Virus record (IMG/VR): IMGVR_UViG_2534681774_000029
From: a virus
Lineage: Duplodnaviria > Heunggongvirae > Uroviricota > Caudoviricetes
Reading direction: 5' to 3' (one strand)
Length of the DNA stretch: 31,479 nt
The notes under the pieces: generated by a model
What the model was told of the DNA's origin: nothing
The model's input: the letters and a program-made list of their open reading frames with translations, nothing else
Databases searched by the model: none
Shown here: one piece after another, positions 16,646-30,440 of the stretch
Position numbering within the stretch: position 1 is the first letter of the stretch
Layout: every line of letters starts with the position of its first letter
Made by a program: the position numbers and the translations under genes

Positions 16646-16861
16646 ATGAAATTCATGGATAAGTTAACAACTGGAGTCGCCTATGGCACCTCAGCAGGTA
16701 GTGCCGGTTACTGGTTTTTACAGCTGCTCGATAAAGTCACTCCCTCACAGTGGGCAGCAATAGGTGTGCTGGGTAGCCTGGTATTTGGCCTGCTGACGTA
16801 CCTGACAAACCTTTATTTCAAGATTAAAGAAGATAAGCGCAAGGCTGCGAGAGGTGAATAA
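16646..16861 (+). CDS. essD: Class II holin (phage 21 S-type pinholin) with dual-start motif
   Basis: 71 aa [75 protein letters not shown] dual start (antiholin/holin); two transmembrane segments; GAGGTGGGG ribosome-binding site. Confidence 0.8.
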
Positions 16862-17358
16862 TGCCTCCATCATTACGAAAAGCCGTTGCTGCTGCTATTG
16901 GTGGCGGAGCAATTGCTATAGCATCAGTGTTAATCACTGGCCCAAGTGGTAACGATGGTCTGGAAGGTGTCAGCTACATACCATACAAAGATATTGTTGG
17001 TGTATGGACTGTATGTCACGGACACACCGGAAAAGACATCATGCTCGGTAAAACGTATACCAAAGCAGAATGCAAAGCACTCTTGAATAAAGACCTTGCC
17101 ACTGTCGCCAGACAAATTAACCCGTATATCAAAGTCGATATACCGGAAACAACGCGCGGCGCTCTTTACTCATTCGTTTACAATGTGGGTGCTGGCAATT
17201 TTAGAACATCGACGCTTCTTCGCAAAATAAACCAGGGCGATATCAAAGGCGCATGTGATCAGCTGCGTCGCTGGACATACGCTGGCGGTAAGCAATGGAA
17301 AGGCCTGATGACTCGTCGTGAGATTGAGCGTGAAGTCTGTTTGTGGGGGCAACAGTGA
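16861..17358 (+). CDS. rrrD: SAR endolysin (signal-anchor-release lysozyme, phage 21 R-type)
   Basis: 165 aa; N-terminal Gly/Ala-rich SAR domain ([20 protein letters not shown]) followed by the lysozyme catalytic region; ATG overlaps the holin stop (TAATG). Confidence 0.8.
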
Positions 17359-17816
17359 GCAGAGTAACCGCGATTATATCCGCTCTGATTATCTGCATCA
17401 TCGTCAGCCTGTCATGGGCGGTCAATCATTACCGTGATAACGCAATCGCCTACAAAGCCCAGCGCGACAAAAATGCCAGAGAACTGAAGCTAGCGAACGC
17501 GGCAATTACTGACATGCAGATGCGTCAGCGTGATGTTGCTGCGCTCGATGCAAAATACACGAAGGAGTTAGCTGATGCGAAAGCTGAAAATGATGCTCTG
17601 CGTGATGATGTTGCCGCTGGTCGTCGTCGGTTGCACATCAAAGCAGTCTGTCAGTCAGTGCGTGAAGCCACCACGGCCTCCGGCGTGGATAATGCAGCCT
17701 CCCCCCGACTGGCAGACACCGCTGAACGGGATTATTTCACCCTCAGAGAGAGGCTGATCACTATGCAAAAACAACTGGAAGGAACCCAGAAGTATATTAA
17801 TGAGCAGTGCAGATAG
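17355..17816 (+). CDS. rzpD: Rz i-spanin
   Basis: 153 aa from GTG 17355 (overlaps the endolysin stop); N-terminal transmembrane segment ([19 protein letters not shown]) then coiled-coil periplasmic domain. Confidence 0.75.
17575..17757 (+). CDS. rzoD: Rz1 o-spanin (outer-membrane lipoprotein), embedded in the +1 frame of Rz
   Basis: 60 aa [24 protein letters not shown]...; lipobox VVGC; proline-rich mature region ([16 protein letters not shown]); entirely within Rz. Confidence 0.75.
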   Translation: MRKLKMMLCVMMLPLVVVGCTSKQSVSQCVKPPRPPAWIMQPPPDWQTPLNGIISPSERG

Positions 17817-17847
17817 AGCTGACCATATCGATGGGCAACTCATGCAA

Positions 17848-18141
17848 TTATTTTGAGCAATACACACGCGCTTCCAGCGGAGTATAAATGCCTAAAGTAA
17901 TAAAACCGAGCAATCCATTTACGAATGTTTGCTGGGTTTCTGTTTTAACAACATTTTCTGCGCCGCCACAAATTTTGGCTGCATCGACAGTTTTCTTCTG
18001 CCCAATTCCAGAAACGAAGAAATGATGGGTGATGGTTTCCTTTGGTGCTACTGCTGTCTGTTTGTTTTGAACAGTAAACGTCTGTTGAGCACATCCTGTA
18101 ATAAGCAGGGCCAGCGCAGTAGCGAGTAGCATTTTTTTCAT
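17848..18141 (-). CDS. bor: Bor lipoprotein (serum-resistance lipoprotein)
   Basis: 97 aa MKKMLLATALALLITGCAQQTFTVQNK..., lipobox LITGC; matches lambda Bor as recalled. Confidence 0.85.
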   Translation of the reverse strand: MKKMLLATALALLITGCAQQTFTVQNKQTAVAPKETITHHFFVSGIGQKKTVDAAKICGGAENVVKTETQQTFVNGLLGFITLGIYTPLEARVYCSK

Positions 18142-18431
18142 GGTGTTATTCCCGATGCTTTTTGAAGTTCGCAGAATCGTATGTGTAGAAAATTAAACAA
18201 ACCCTAAACAATGAGTTGAAATTTCATATTGTTAATATTTATTAATGTATGTCAGGTGCGATGAATCGTCATTGTATTCCCGGATTAACTATGTCCACAG
18301 CCCTGACGGGGAACTTCTCTGCGGGAGTGTCCGGGAATAATTAAAAACGATGCACACAGGGTTTAGCGCGTACACGTATTGCATTATGCCAACGCCCCGG
18401 TGCTGACACGGAAGAAACCGGACGTTATGAT

Positions 18432-18842
18432 TTAGCGTGGAAAGATTTGTGTAGTGTTCTGAATGCTCTCAGTAAATAGTAATGAATTATCAAAGGTATA
18501 GTAATATCTTTTATGTTCGTGGATATTTGTAACCCATCGGAAAACTCCTGCTTTAGCAAGATTTTCCCTGTATTGCTGAAATGTGATTTCTCTTGATTTC
18601 AACCTATCAAAGGACGTTTCTATAAGATGCGTATTTCTTGAGAATTTAACATTTACAACCTTTTTAAGTCCTTTTATTAACACAGTGTTATCGTTTTTTA
18701 ACACAATGTGAATATTATCTGTGGCTAGATAGTAAATATAATGTGAGACATTGTGACGTTTTAGTTCAGAATAAAACAATTCACAGTTTAAATCTTTTCG
18801 CACTTGATCGAATATTTCTTTAAAAATGGCAACCTGAGCCAT
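18432..18842 (-). CDS. ybcV: DUF1398-family protein (YbcV-like)
   Basis: Preferred start at ATG 18842 (GGAAGG ribosome-binding site 9 nt upstream), giving 136 aa; AT-rich moron next to bor as in DLP12. A longer ORF to 18965 lacks a ribosome-binding site. Confidence 0.5.
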   Translation of the reverse strand: MAQVAIFKEIFDQVRKDLNCELFYSELKRHNVSHYIYYLATDNIHIVLKNDNTVLIKGLKKVVNVKFSRNTHLIETSFDRLKSREITFQQYRENLAKAGVFRWVTNIHEHKRYYYTFDNSLLFTESIQNTTQIFPR

Positions 18843-19127
18843 TGGTAAAACCTTCCATGTGATACGAGGGCGCGTAGTTTGCATTATCGTTTTTATCGTT
18901 TCAATCTGGTCTGACCTCTTTGTGTTTTGTTGATGATTTATGTCAAATATTAGGAATGTTTTCAATTAATAGTATTGGTTGTGTAACAAAGTGCGGTCCT
19001 GCTGGCATTCTGGAGGGAAATACAACCGACAGATGTATGTAAGGCCAACGTGCTCAAATCTTCATACAGAAAGATTTGAAGTAATATTTTAACCGCTAGA
19101 TGAAGAGCAAGCGCATGGAGCGACAAA

Positions 19128-19334
19128 ATGAATAAAGAACAATCTGCTGATGATCCCTCCGTGGATCTGATTCGTGTAAAAAATATGCTTAATAGCACCA
19201 TTTCTATGAGTTACCCTGATGTTGTAATTGCATGTATAGAACATAAGGTGTCTCTGGAAGCATTCAGGGCAATTGAGGCAGCGTTGGTGAAGCACGATAA
19301 TAATATGAAGGATTATTCCCTGGTGGTTGACTGA
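19128..19334 (+). CDS. ybcW: Small prophage protein YbcW-like (68 aa)
   Basis: 68-aa ORF in AT-rich moron region; position and size as DLP12 ybcW. Confidence 0.5.
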
Positions 19335-19498
19335 TCACCATAACTGCTAATCATTCAAACTACTTAACCTGTGACAGAGCCAACACGCAGTCTGTCACTG
19401 TCAGGAAAGTGGTAAAACTGCAACTCAATTACTGCAATGCCCTCGTAATTAAGTGAATTTACAATATCGTCCTGTTCGGAGGGAAGAACGCGGGATGT

Positions 19499-19693
19499 TC
19501 ATTCTTCATCACTTTTAATTGATGTATATGCTCTCTTTTCTGACGTTAGCCTCCGACGGCAGGCTTCAATGACCCAGGCTGAGAAATTCCCGGACCCTTT
19601 TTGATCAAGAGCGATGTTAATTTGTTCAATCATTTGGTTAGGAAAGCGGATGTTGCGGGTTGTTGTTCTGCGGGTTCTGTTCTTCGTTGACAT
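19499..19693 (-). CDS. ylcI: Small basic protein YlcI-like (DUF3950), 64 aa
   Basis: 64 aa MSTKNRTRRTTTRNIRFPNQMIEQINIALDQKGSGNFSAWVIEACRRRL...; Arg-rich N-terminus; position just upstream of cos as in DLP12. Confidence 0.5.
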   Translation of the reverse strand: MSTKNRTRRTTTRNIRFPNQMIEQINIALDQKGSGNFSAWVIEACRRRLTSEKRAYTSIKSDEE

Positions 19694-19849
19694 GAGGTTG
19701 CCCCGTATTCAGTGTCGCTGATTTGTATTGTCTGAAGTTGTTTTTACGTTAAGTTGATGCGGATCAATTAATACGATACCTGCGTCATAATTGATTATTT
19801 GACGTGGTTTGATGGCGTAGATGCACGTTGTGACATGTAGATGATAATT

Positions 19850-20081
19850 ATTATCATTTTGCGGGTCCTTTCCGGCGATCCGACAGGTTACGGGGCGGCG
19901 ACCTCGCGGGTTTTCGCTATTTATGAAAATTTTCCGGTTTAAGGCGTTTCCGTTCTTCTTCGTCGTAACTTAATGTTTTTATTTAAAATACCCCCTGAAA
20001 AGAAAGGAAACGACAGGTGCTGAAAACGAACTTTTGGGCCTTTGTCGTTTCCTTTCTCTGTTTTTGGCCGTGGAATGAACA
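19850..20081 (+). other. cos site (cosQ-cosN-cosB) for terminase-mediated packaging
   Basis: ...CGGGTCCTTTCCGGCGATCCGACAGGTTACG | GGGCGGCGACCT | CGCGGGTTTTCGCTATTTATGAAAATTTTCCGGTTTAAGG... reproduces the joined right and left ends of lambda as recalled; the 12-nt cohesive-end sequence GGGCGGCGACCT (cosN) is at 19893-19904. Confidence 0.85.
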
Positions 20082-20601
20082 ATGGAAGTCAACAAAAAGC
20101 AGCTGGCTGACATTTTCGGTGCGAGTATCCGTACCATTCAGAACTGGCAGGAACAGGGAATGCCCGTTCTGCGAGGCGGTGGCAAGGGTAATGAGGTGCT
20201 TTATGACTCTGCCGCCGTCATAAAATGGTATGCCGAAAGGGATGCTGAAATTGAGAACGAAAAGCTGCGCCGGGAGGTTGAAGAACTGCGGCAGGCCAGC
20301 GAGGCAGATCTCCAGCCAGGAACTATTGAGTACGAACGCCATCGACTTACGCGTGCGCAGGCCGACGCACAGGAACTGAAGAATGCCAGAGACTCCGCTG
20401 AAGTGGTGGAAACCGCATTCTGTACTTTCGTGTTGTCGCGGATCGCAGGTGAAATTGCCAGTATTCTCGACGGGCTCCCCCTGTCGGTGCAGCGGCGTTT
20501 TCCGGAACTGGAAAACCGACATGTTGATTTCCTGAAACGGGATATCATCAAAGCCATGAACAAAGCAGCCGCGCTGGATGAACTGATACCGGGGTTGCTG
20601 A

Positions 20602-20627
<26 letters not shown>
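20082..20627 (+). CDS. nu1: Terminase small subunit Nu1
   Basis: 181 aa MEVNKKQLADIFGASIRTIQNWQEQGMPVLRGGGKGNEVLYDSAAVIKWYAERD..., matches lambda gpNu1 as recalled; directly downstream of cosB. Confidence 0.9.
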
Positions 20628-24308
<3,681 letters not shown>

Positions 24309-24328
<20 letters not shown>

Positions 24329-25628
24329 TCTCCCGCATATTGCCAGCATGGCCTTTAATGAGCCGCTGATGCTTGAACCCGCCTATGCGCGGGTTTTCTT
24401 TTGTGCGCTTGCAGGCCAGCTTGGGATCAGCCGCCTGACGGATGCGGTGTCCGGCGACAGCCTGACTGCCCAGGAGGCACTCGCGACGCTGGCATTATCC
24501 GGTGATGATGACGGACCACGACAGGCCCGCAGTTATCAGGTCATGAACGGCATCGCCGTGCTGCCGGTGTCCGGCACGCTGGTCAGCCGGACGCGGGCGC
24601 TGCAGCCGTACTCGGGGATGACCGGTTACAACGGCATTATCGCCCGTCTGCAACAGGCTGCCAGCGATCCGATGGTGGACGGCATTCTGCTCGATATGGA
24701 CACGCCCGGCGGGATGGTGGCGGGGGCATTTGACTGCGCTGACATCATCGCCCGTGTGCGTGACATAAAACCGGTATGGGCGCTTGCCAACGACATGAAC
24801 TGCAGTGCAGGTCAGTTGCTTGCCAGTGCCGCCTCCCGGCGTCTGGTCACGCAGACCGCCCGGACAGGCTCCATCGGCGTCATGATGGCTCACAGTAATT
24901 ACGGTGCTGCGCTGGAGAAACAGGGTGTGGAAATCACGCTGATTTACAGCGGCAGCCATAAGGTGGATGGCAACCCCTACAGCCATCTTCCGGATGACGT
25001 CCGGGAGACACTGCAGTCCCGGATGGACGCAACCCGCCGGATGTTTGCGCAGAAGGTGTCGGCATATACCGGCCTGTCCGTGCAGGCTGTGCTGGATACC
25101 GAGGCTGCAGTGTACAGCGGTCAGGAGGCCATTGATGCCGGACTGGCTGATGAACTTGTTAACAGCACCGATGCGATCACCGTCATGCGTGATGCACTGG
25201 ATGCACGTAAATCCCGTCTCTCAGGAGGGCGAATGACCAAAGAGACTCAATCAACAACTGTTTCAGCCACTGCTTCGCAGGCTGACGTTACTGACGTGGT
25301 GCCAGCGACGGAGGGCGAGAACGCCAGCGCGGCGCAGCCGGACGTGAACGCGCAGATCACCGCAGCGGTTGCGGCAGAAAACAGCCGCATTATGGGGATC
25401 CTCAACTGTGAGGAGGCTCACGGACGCGAAGAACAGGCACGCGTGCTGGCAGAAACCCCCGGTATGACCGTGAAAACGGCCCGCCGCATTCTGGCCGCAG
25501 CACCACAGAGTGCACAGGCGCGCAGTGACACTGCGCTGGATCGTCTGATGCAGGGGGCACCGGCACCGCTGGCTGCAGGTAACCCGGCATCTGATGCCGT
25601 TAACGATTTGCTGAACACACCAGTGTAA
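24309..25628 (+). CDS. C: Head maturation protease / minor capsid protein C
   Basis: 439 aa from GTG 24309 (GGAGGAG ribosome-binding site): VTAELRNLPHIASMAFNEPLMLEP...; overlaps the end of B. Confidence 0.85.
25023..25628 (+). CDS. nu3: Scaffolding protein Nu3 (in-frame internal start within C)
   Basis: In-frame ATG at 25023 (MDATRRMFAQKV...) gives a 201-aa C-terminal product, as for lambda Nu3. Confidence 0.65.
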   Translation: MDATRRMFAQKVSAYTGLSVQAVLDTEAAVYSGQEAIDAGLADELVNSTDAITVMRDALDARKSRLSGGRMTKETQSTTVSATASQADVTDVVPATEGENASAAQPDVNAQITAAVAAENSRIMGILNCEEAHGREEQARVLAETPGMTVKTARRILAAAPQSAQARSDTALDRLMQGAPAPLAAGNPASDAVNDLLNTPV

Positions 25629-25637
25629 GGGATGTTT

Positions 25638-25970
25638 ATGACGAGCAAAGAAACCTTTACCCATTACCAGCCGCAGGGCAACAGTGACCCGGCTCATACC
25701 GCAACCGCGCCCGGCGGATTGAGTGCGAAAGCGCCTGCAATGACCCCGCTGATGCTGGACACCTCCAGCCGTAAGCTGGTTGCGTGGGATGGCACCACCG
25801 ACGGTGCTGCCGTTGGCATTCTTGCGGTTGCTGCTGACCAGACCAGCACCACGCTGACGTTCTACAAGTCCGGCACGTTCCGTTATGAGGATGTGCTCTG
25901 GCCGGAGGCTGCCAGCGACGAGACGAAAAAACGGACCGCGTTTGCCGGAACGGCAATCAGCATCGTTTAA
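25638..25970 (+). CDS. D: Capsid decoration protein D
   Basis: 110 aa [56 protein letters not shown]... Confidence 0.9.
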
Positions 25971-26025
25971 CTTTACCCTTCATCACTAAAGGCCGCCTGT
26001 GCGGCTTTTTTTACGGGATTTTTTT

Positions 26026-27051
26026 ATGTCGATGTACACAACCGCCCAACTGCTGGCGGCAAATGAGCAGAAATTTAAGTTTGATCCGCTGTTTCTGCGT
26101 CTCTTTTTCCGTGAGAGCTATCCCTTCACCACGGAGAAAGTCTATCTCTCACAAATTCCGGGACTGGTAAACATGGCGCTGTACGTTTCGCCGATTGTTT
26201 CCGGTGAGGTTATCCGTTCCCGTGGCGGCTCCACCTCTGAATTTACGCCGGGATATGTCAAGCCGAAGCATGAAGTGAATCCGCAGATGACCCTGCGTCG
26301 CCTGCCGGATGAAGATCCGCAGAATCTGGCGGACCCGGCTTACCGCCGCCGTCGCATCATCATGCAGAACATGCGTGACGAAGAGCTGGCCATTGCTCAG
26401 GTCGAAGAGATGCAGGCAGTTTCTGCCGTGCTTAAGGGCAAATACACCATGACCGGTGAAGCCTTCGATCCGGTTGAGGTGGATATGGGCCGCAGTGAGG
26501 AGAATAACATCACGCAGTCCGGCGGCACGGAGTGGAGCAAGCGTGACAAGTCCACGTATGACCCGACCGACGATATCGAAGCCTACGCGCTGAACGCCAG
26601 CGGTGTGGTGAATATCATCGTGTTCGATCCGAAAGGCTGGGCGCTGTTCCGTTCCTTCAAAGCCGTCAAGGAGAAGCTGGATACCCGTCGTGGCTCTAAT
26701 TCCGAGCTGGAGACAGCGGTGAAAGACCTAGGTAAAGCGGTGTCCTATAAGGGGATGTATGGCGATGTGGCCATCGTCGTGTATTCCGGACAGTACGTGG
26801 AAAACGGCGTCAAAAAGAACTTCCTGCCGGACAACACGATGGTGCTGGGGAACACTCAGGCACGCGGTCTGCGCACCTATGGCTGCATTCAGGATGCGGA
26901 CGCACAGCGCGAAGGCATTAACGCCTCTGCCCGTTACCCGAAAAACTGGGTGACCACCGGCGATCCGGCGCGTGAGTTCACCATGATTCAGTCAGCACCG
27001 CTGATGCTGCTGGCTGACCCTGATGAGTTCGTGTCCGTACAACTGGCGTAA
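26026..27051 (+). CDS. E: Major capsid protein E
   Basis: 341 aa MSMYTTAQLLAANEQKFKFDPLFLRLFFRESYPFTTEKVYLSQIPGLVNMALYVSPIVSGE... Confidence 0.9.
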   Translation: MSMYTTAQLLAANEQKFKFDPLFLRLFFRESYPFTTEKVYLSQIPGLVNMALYVSPIVSGEVIRSRGGSTSEFTPGYVKPKHEVNPQMTLRRLPDEDPQNLADPAYRRRRIIMQNMRDEELAIAQVEEMQAVSAVLKGKYTMTGEAFDPVEVDMGRSEENNITQSGGTEWSKRDKSTYDPTDDIEAYALNASGVVNIIVFDPKGWALFRSFKAVKEKLDTRRGSNSELETAVKDLGKAVSYKGMYGDVAIVVYSGQYVENGVKKNFLPDNTMVLGNTQARGLRTYGCIQDADAQREGINASARYPKNWVTTGDPAREFTMIQSAPLMLLADPDEFVSVQLA

Positions 27052-27092
27052 TCATGGCCCTTCGGGGCCATTGTTTCTCTGTGGAGGAGTCC

Positions 27093-27491
27093 ATGACGAA
27101 AGATGAACTGATTGCCCGTCTCCGCTCGCTGGGTGAACAACTGAACCGTGATGTCAGCCTGACGGGGACGAAAGAAGAACTGGCGCTCCGTGTGGCAGAG
27201 CTGGAAGAGGAGCTTGATGACACGGATGAAACTGCCGGTCAGGACACCCCTCTCAGCCGGGAAAATGTGCTGACCGGACATGAAAATGAGGTGGGATCAG
27301 CGCAGCCGGATACCGTGATTCTGGATACGTCTGAACTGGTCACGGTCGTGGCACTGGTGAAGCTGCATACTGATGCACTTCACGCCACGCGGGATGAACC
27401 TGTGGCATTTGTGCTGCCGGGAACGGCGTTTCGTGTCTCTGCCGGTGTGGCAGCCGAAATGACAGAGCGCGGCCTGGCCAGAATGCAATAA
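27093..27491 (+). CDS. FI: DNA-packaging protein FI
   Basis: 132 aa MTKDELIARLRSLGEQLNRDVSLTGTKEELALRVAELEEELDD...; GGAGGAG ribosome-binding site. Confidence 0.85.
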   Translation: MTKDELIARLRSLGEQLNRDVSLTGTKEELALRVAELEEELDDTDETAGQDTPLSRENVLTGHENEVGSAQPDTVILDTSELVTVVALVKLHTDALHATRDEPVAFVLPGTAFRVSAGVAAEMTERGLARMQ

Positions 27492-27502
27492 CGGGAGGCG
27501 CT

Positions 27503-27856
27503 GTGGCTGATTTCGATAACCTGTTCGATGCTGCCATTGCCCGCGCCGATGAAACGATACGCGGGTACATGGGAACGTCAGCCACCATTACATCCGGTGA
27601 GCAGTCAGGTGCGGTGATACGTGGTGTTTTTGATGACCCTGAAAATATCAGCTATGCCGGACAGGGCGTGCGCGTTGAAGGCTCCAGCCCGTCCCTGTTT
27701 GTCCGGACTGATGAGGTGCGGCAGCTGCGGCGTGGAGACACGCTGACCATCGGTGAGGAAAATTTCTGGGTAGATCGGGTTTCGCCGGATGATGGCGGAA
27801 GTTGTCATCTCTGGCTTGGACGGGGCGTACCGCCTGCCGTTAACCGTCGCCGCTGA
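27503..27856 (+). CDS. FII: Head completion protein FII
   Basis: 117 aa (GTG start) MADFDNLFDAAIARADETIRGYMG... Confidence 0.85.
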   Translation: MADFDNLFDAAIARADETIRGYMGTSATITSGEQSGAVIRGVFDDPENISYAGQGVRVEGSSPSLFVRTDEVRQLRRGDTLTIGEENFWVDRVSPDDGGSCHLWLGRGVPPAVNRRR

Positions 27857-27867
27857 AAGGGGGATGT

Positions 27868-28446
27868 ATGGCCATAAAAGGTCTTGAGCAGGCCGTTGAA
27901 AACCTCAGCCGTATCAGCAAAACGGCGGTGCCTGGTGCCGCCGCAATGGCCATTAACCGCGTTGCTTCATCCGCGATATCGCAGTCGGCGTCACAGGTTG
28001 CCCGTGAGACAAAGGTACGCCGGAAACTGGTAAAGGAAAGGGCCAGGCTGAAAAGGGCCACGGTCAAAAATCCGCAGGCCAGAATCAAAGTTAACCGGGG
28101 GGATTTGCCCGTAATCAAGCTGGGTAATGCGCGGGTTGTCCTTTCGCGCCGCAGGCGTCGTAAAAAGGGGCAGCGTTCATCCCTGAAAGGTGGCGGCAGC
28201 GTGCTTGTGGTGGGTAACCGTCGTATTCCCGGCGCGTTTATTCAGCAACTGAAAAATGGCCGGTGGCATGTCATGCAGCGTGTGGCCGGGAAAAACCGTT
28301 ACCCCATTGATGTGGTGAAAATCCCGATGGCGGTGCCGCTGACCACGGCGTTTAAACAAAATATTGAGCGGATACGGCGTGAACGTCTTCCGAAAGAGCT
28401 GGGCTATGCGCTGCAGCATCAACTGAGGATGGTAATAAAGCGATGA
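27868..28446 (+). CDS. Z: Tail completion protein Z
   Basis: 192 aa MAIKGLEQAVENLSRISKTAVPGAAAMAINRVASS... Confidence 0.85.
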   Translation: MAIKGLEQAVENLSRISKTAVPGAAAMAINRVASSAISQSASQVARETKVRRKLVKERARLKRATVKNPQARIKVNRGDLPVIKLGNARVVLSRRRRRKKGQRSSLKGGGSVLVVGNRRIPGAFIQQLKNGRWHVMQRVAGKNRYPIDVVKIPMAVPLTTAFKQNIERIRRERLPKELGYALQHQLRMVIKR

Positions 28447-28838
28447 AACATACTGAACTCCGTGCAGCCGTACTGGATGCACTGGAGAAGCATGACACCG
28501 GGGCGACGTTTTTTGATGGTCGCCCCGCTGTTTTTGATGAGGCGGATTTTCCGGCAGTTGCCGTTTATCTCACCGGCGCTGAATACACGGGCGAAGAGCT
28601 GGACAGCGATACCTGGCAGGCGGAGCTGCATATCGAAGTTTTCCTGCCTGCTCAGGTGCCGGATTCAGAGCTGGATGCGTGGATGGAGTCCCGGATTTAT
28701 CCGGTGATGAGCGATATCCCGGCACTGTCAGATTTGATCACCAGTATGGTGGCCAGTGGCTATGACTACCGGCGCGACGATGATGCGGGCCTGTGGAGTT
28801 CAGCCGATCTGACTTATGTCATTACCTATGAAATGTGA
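28443..28838 (+). CDS. U: Tail terminator protein U
   Basis: 131 aa [33 protein letters not shown]...; ATGA overlap with Z. Confidence 0.85.
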   Translation: MKHTELRAAVLDALEKHDTGATFFDGRPAVFDEADFPAVAVYLTGAEYTGEELDSDTWQAELHIEVFLPAQVPDSELDAWMESRIYPVMSDIPALSDLITSMVASGYDYRRDDDAGLWSSADLTYVITYEM

Positions 28839-28845
28839 GGACGCT

Positions 28846-29586
28846 ATGCCTGTACCAAATCCTACAATGCCGGTGAAAGGTGCCGGGACCACCCTGTGGG
28901 TTTATAAGGGGAGCGGTGACCCTTATGCGAATCCGCTTTCAGACGTTGACTGGTCGCGTCTGGCAAAAGTTAAAGACCTGACGCCCGGCGAACTGACCGC
29001 TGAGTCCTATGACGACAGCTATCTCGATGATGAAGATGCAGACTGGACTGCGACCGGGCAGGGGCAGAAATCTGCCGGAGATACCAGCTTCACGCTGGCG
29101 TGGATGCCCGGAGAGCAGGGGCAGCAGGCGCTGCTGGCGTGGTTTAATGAAGGCGATACCCGTGCCTATAAAATCCGCTTCCCGAACGGCACGGTCGATG
29201 TGTTCCGTGGCTGGGTCAGCAGTATCGGTAAGGCGGTGACGGCGAAGGAAGTGATCACCCGCACGGTGAAAGTCACCAATGTGGGACGTCCGTCGATGGC
29301 AGAAGATCGCAGCACGGTAACAGCGGCAACCGGCATGACCGTGACGCCTTCCAGCACCTCGGTGGTGAAAGGGCAGAGCACCACGCTGACCGTGGCCTTC
29401 CAGCCGGAGGGCGTAACCGACAAGAGCTTTCGTGCGGTGTCTGCGGATAAAACAAAAGCCACCGTGTCGGTCAGTGGTATGACCATCACCGTGAACGGCG
29501 TTGCTGCAGGCAAGGTCAACATTCCGGTTGTATCCGGTAATGGTGAGTTTGCTGCGGTTGCAGAAATTACCGTCACCGCCAGTTAA
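28846..29586 (+). CDS. V: Major tail tube protein V
   Basis: 246 aa [49 protein letters not shown]..., with a C-terminal Ig-like region. Confidence 0.9.
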   Translation: MPVPNPTMPVKGAGTTLWVYKGSGDPYANPLSDVDWSRLAKVKDLTPGELTAESYDDSYLDDEDADWTATGQGQKSAGDTSFTLAWMPGEQGQQALLAWFNEGDTRAYKIRFPNGTVDVFRGWVSSIGKAVTAKEVITRTVKVTNVGRPSMAEDRSTVTAATGMTVTPSSTSVVKGQSTTLTVAFQPEGVTDKSFRAVSADKTKATVSVSGMTITVNGVAAGKVNIPVVSGNGEFAAVAEITVTAS

Positions 29587-29601
29587 TCCGGAGAGTCAGC
29601 G

Positions 29602-30024
29602 ATGTTCCAGAAAACCGAATCATTTGAACATAACGGTGTGACCGTCACGCTTTCTGAACTGTCAGCCCTGCAGCGCATTGAGCATCTCGCCCTGATGAAA
29701 CGGCAGGCAGAACAGGCGGAGTCAGACAGCAACCGGAAGTTTACTGTGGAAGACGCCATCAGAACCGGCGCGTTTCTGGTGGCGATGTCCCTGTGGCATA
29801 ACCATCCGCAGAAGACGCAGATGCCGTCCATGAATGAAGCCGTTAAACAGATTGAGCAGGAAGTGCTTACCACCTGGCCCACGGAGGCAATTTCTCATGC
29901 TGAAAACGTGGTGTACCGGCTGTCTGGTATGTATGAGTTTGTGGTGAATAATGCCCCTGAACAGACAGAGGACGCCGGGCCCGCAGAGCCTGTTTCTGCG
30001 GGAAAGTGTTCGACGGTGAGCTGA
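29602..30024 (+). CDS. G: Tail assembly chaperone G
   Basis: 140 aa MFQKTESFEHNGVTVTLSELSALQRIEHLALMKRQAEQAESD... Confidence 0.85.
   Translation: MFQKTESFEHNGVTVTLSELSALQRIEHLALMKRQAEQAESDSNRKFTVEDAIRTGAFLVAMSLWHNHPQKTQMPSMNEAVKQIEQEVLTTWPTEAISHAENVVYRLSGMYEFVVNNAPEQTEDAGPAEPVSAGKCSTVS
30000..30006 (+). promoter_or_regulatory. Programmed -1 ribosomal frameshift slippery site G GGA AAG (G to G-T fusion)
   Basis: Heptamer GGGAAAG lies in the G frame as G_GGA_AAG, 6 codons before the G stop; the -1 frame continues as the T ORF. Confidence 0.75.
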
Positions 30025-30440
30025 GTTTTGCCCTGAAACTGGCGCGTGAGATGGGGCGACCCGACTGGCGTGCCATGCTTGCCGGGATGTCATCCACGGA
30101 GTATGCCGACTGGCACCGCTTTTACAGTACCCATTATTTTCATGATGTTCTGCTGGATATGCACTTTTCCGGGCTGACGTACACCGTGCTCAGCCTGTTT
30201 TTCAGCGATCCGGATATGCATCCGCTGGATTTCAGTCTGCTGAACCGGCGCGAGGCTGACGAAGAGCCTGAAGATGATGTGCTGATGCAGAAAGCGGCAG
30301 GGCTTGCCGGAGGTGTCCGCTTTGGCCCGGACGGGAATGAAGTTATCCCCGCTTCCCCGGATGTGGCGGACATGACGGAGGATGACGTAATGCTGATGAC
30401 AGTATCAGAAGGGATCGCAGGAGGAGTCCGGTATGGCTGA
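30006..30440 (+). CDS. T: Tail assembly protein T (expressed as a G-T fusion by -1 frameshift)
   Basis: -1 frame ORF ...FDGELSFALKLAREMGRPDWRAMLAGMSSTEYADWHRFYSTHYFHDVLLDMHF...; no independent ribosome-binding site or start required. Confidence 0.75.
   Translation: MFDGELSFALKLAREMGRPDWRAMLAGMSSTEYADWHRFYSTHYFHDVLLDMHFSGLTYTVLSLFFSDPDMHPLDFSLLNRREADEEPEDDVLMQKAAGLAGGVRFGPDGNEVIPASPDVADMTEDDVMLMTVSEGIAGGVRYG

Noticed and set aside
18965-19127. ORF 18962..19201 (-) and the TTG-initiated extension of ybcV to 18965
   Set aside because: No ribosome-binding site and an AT-rich low-complexity translation. The ATG at 18842 with a GGAAGG ribosome-binding site gives a more plausible 136-aa product.
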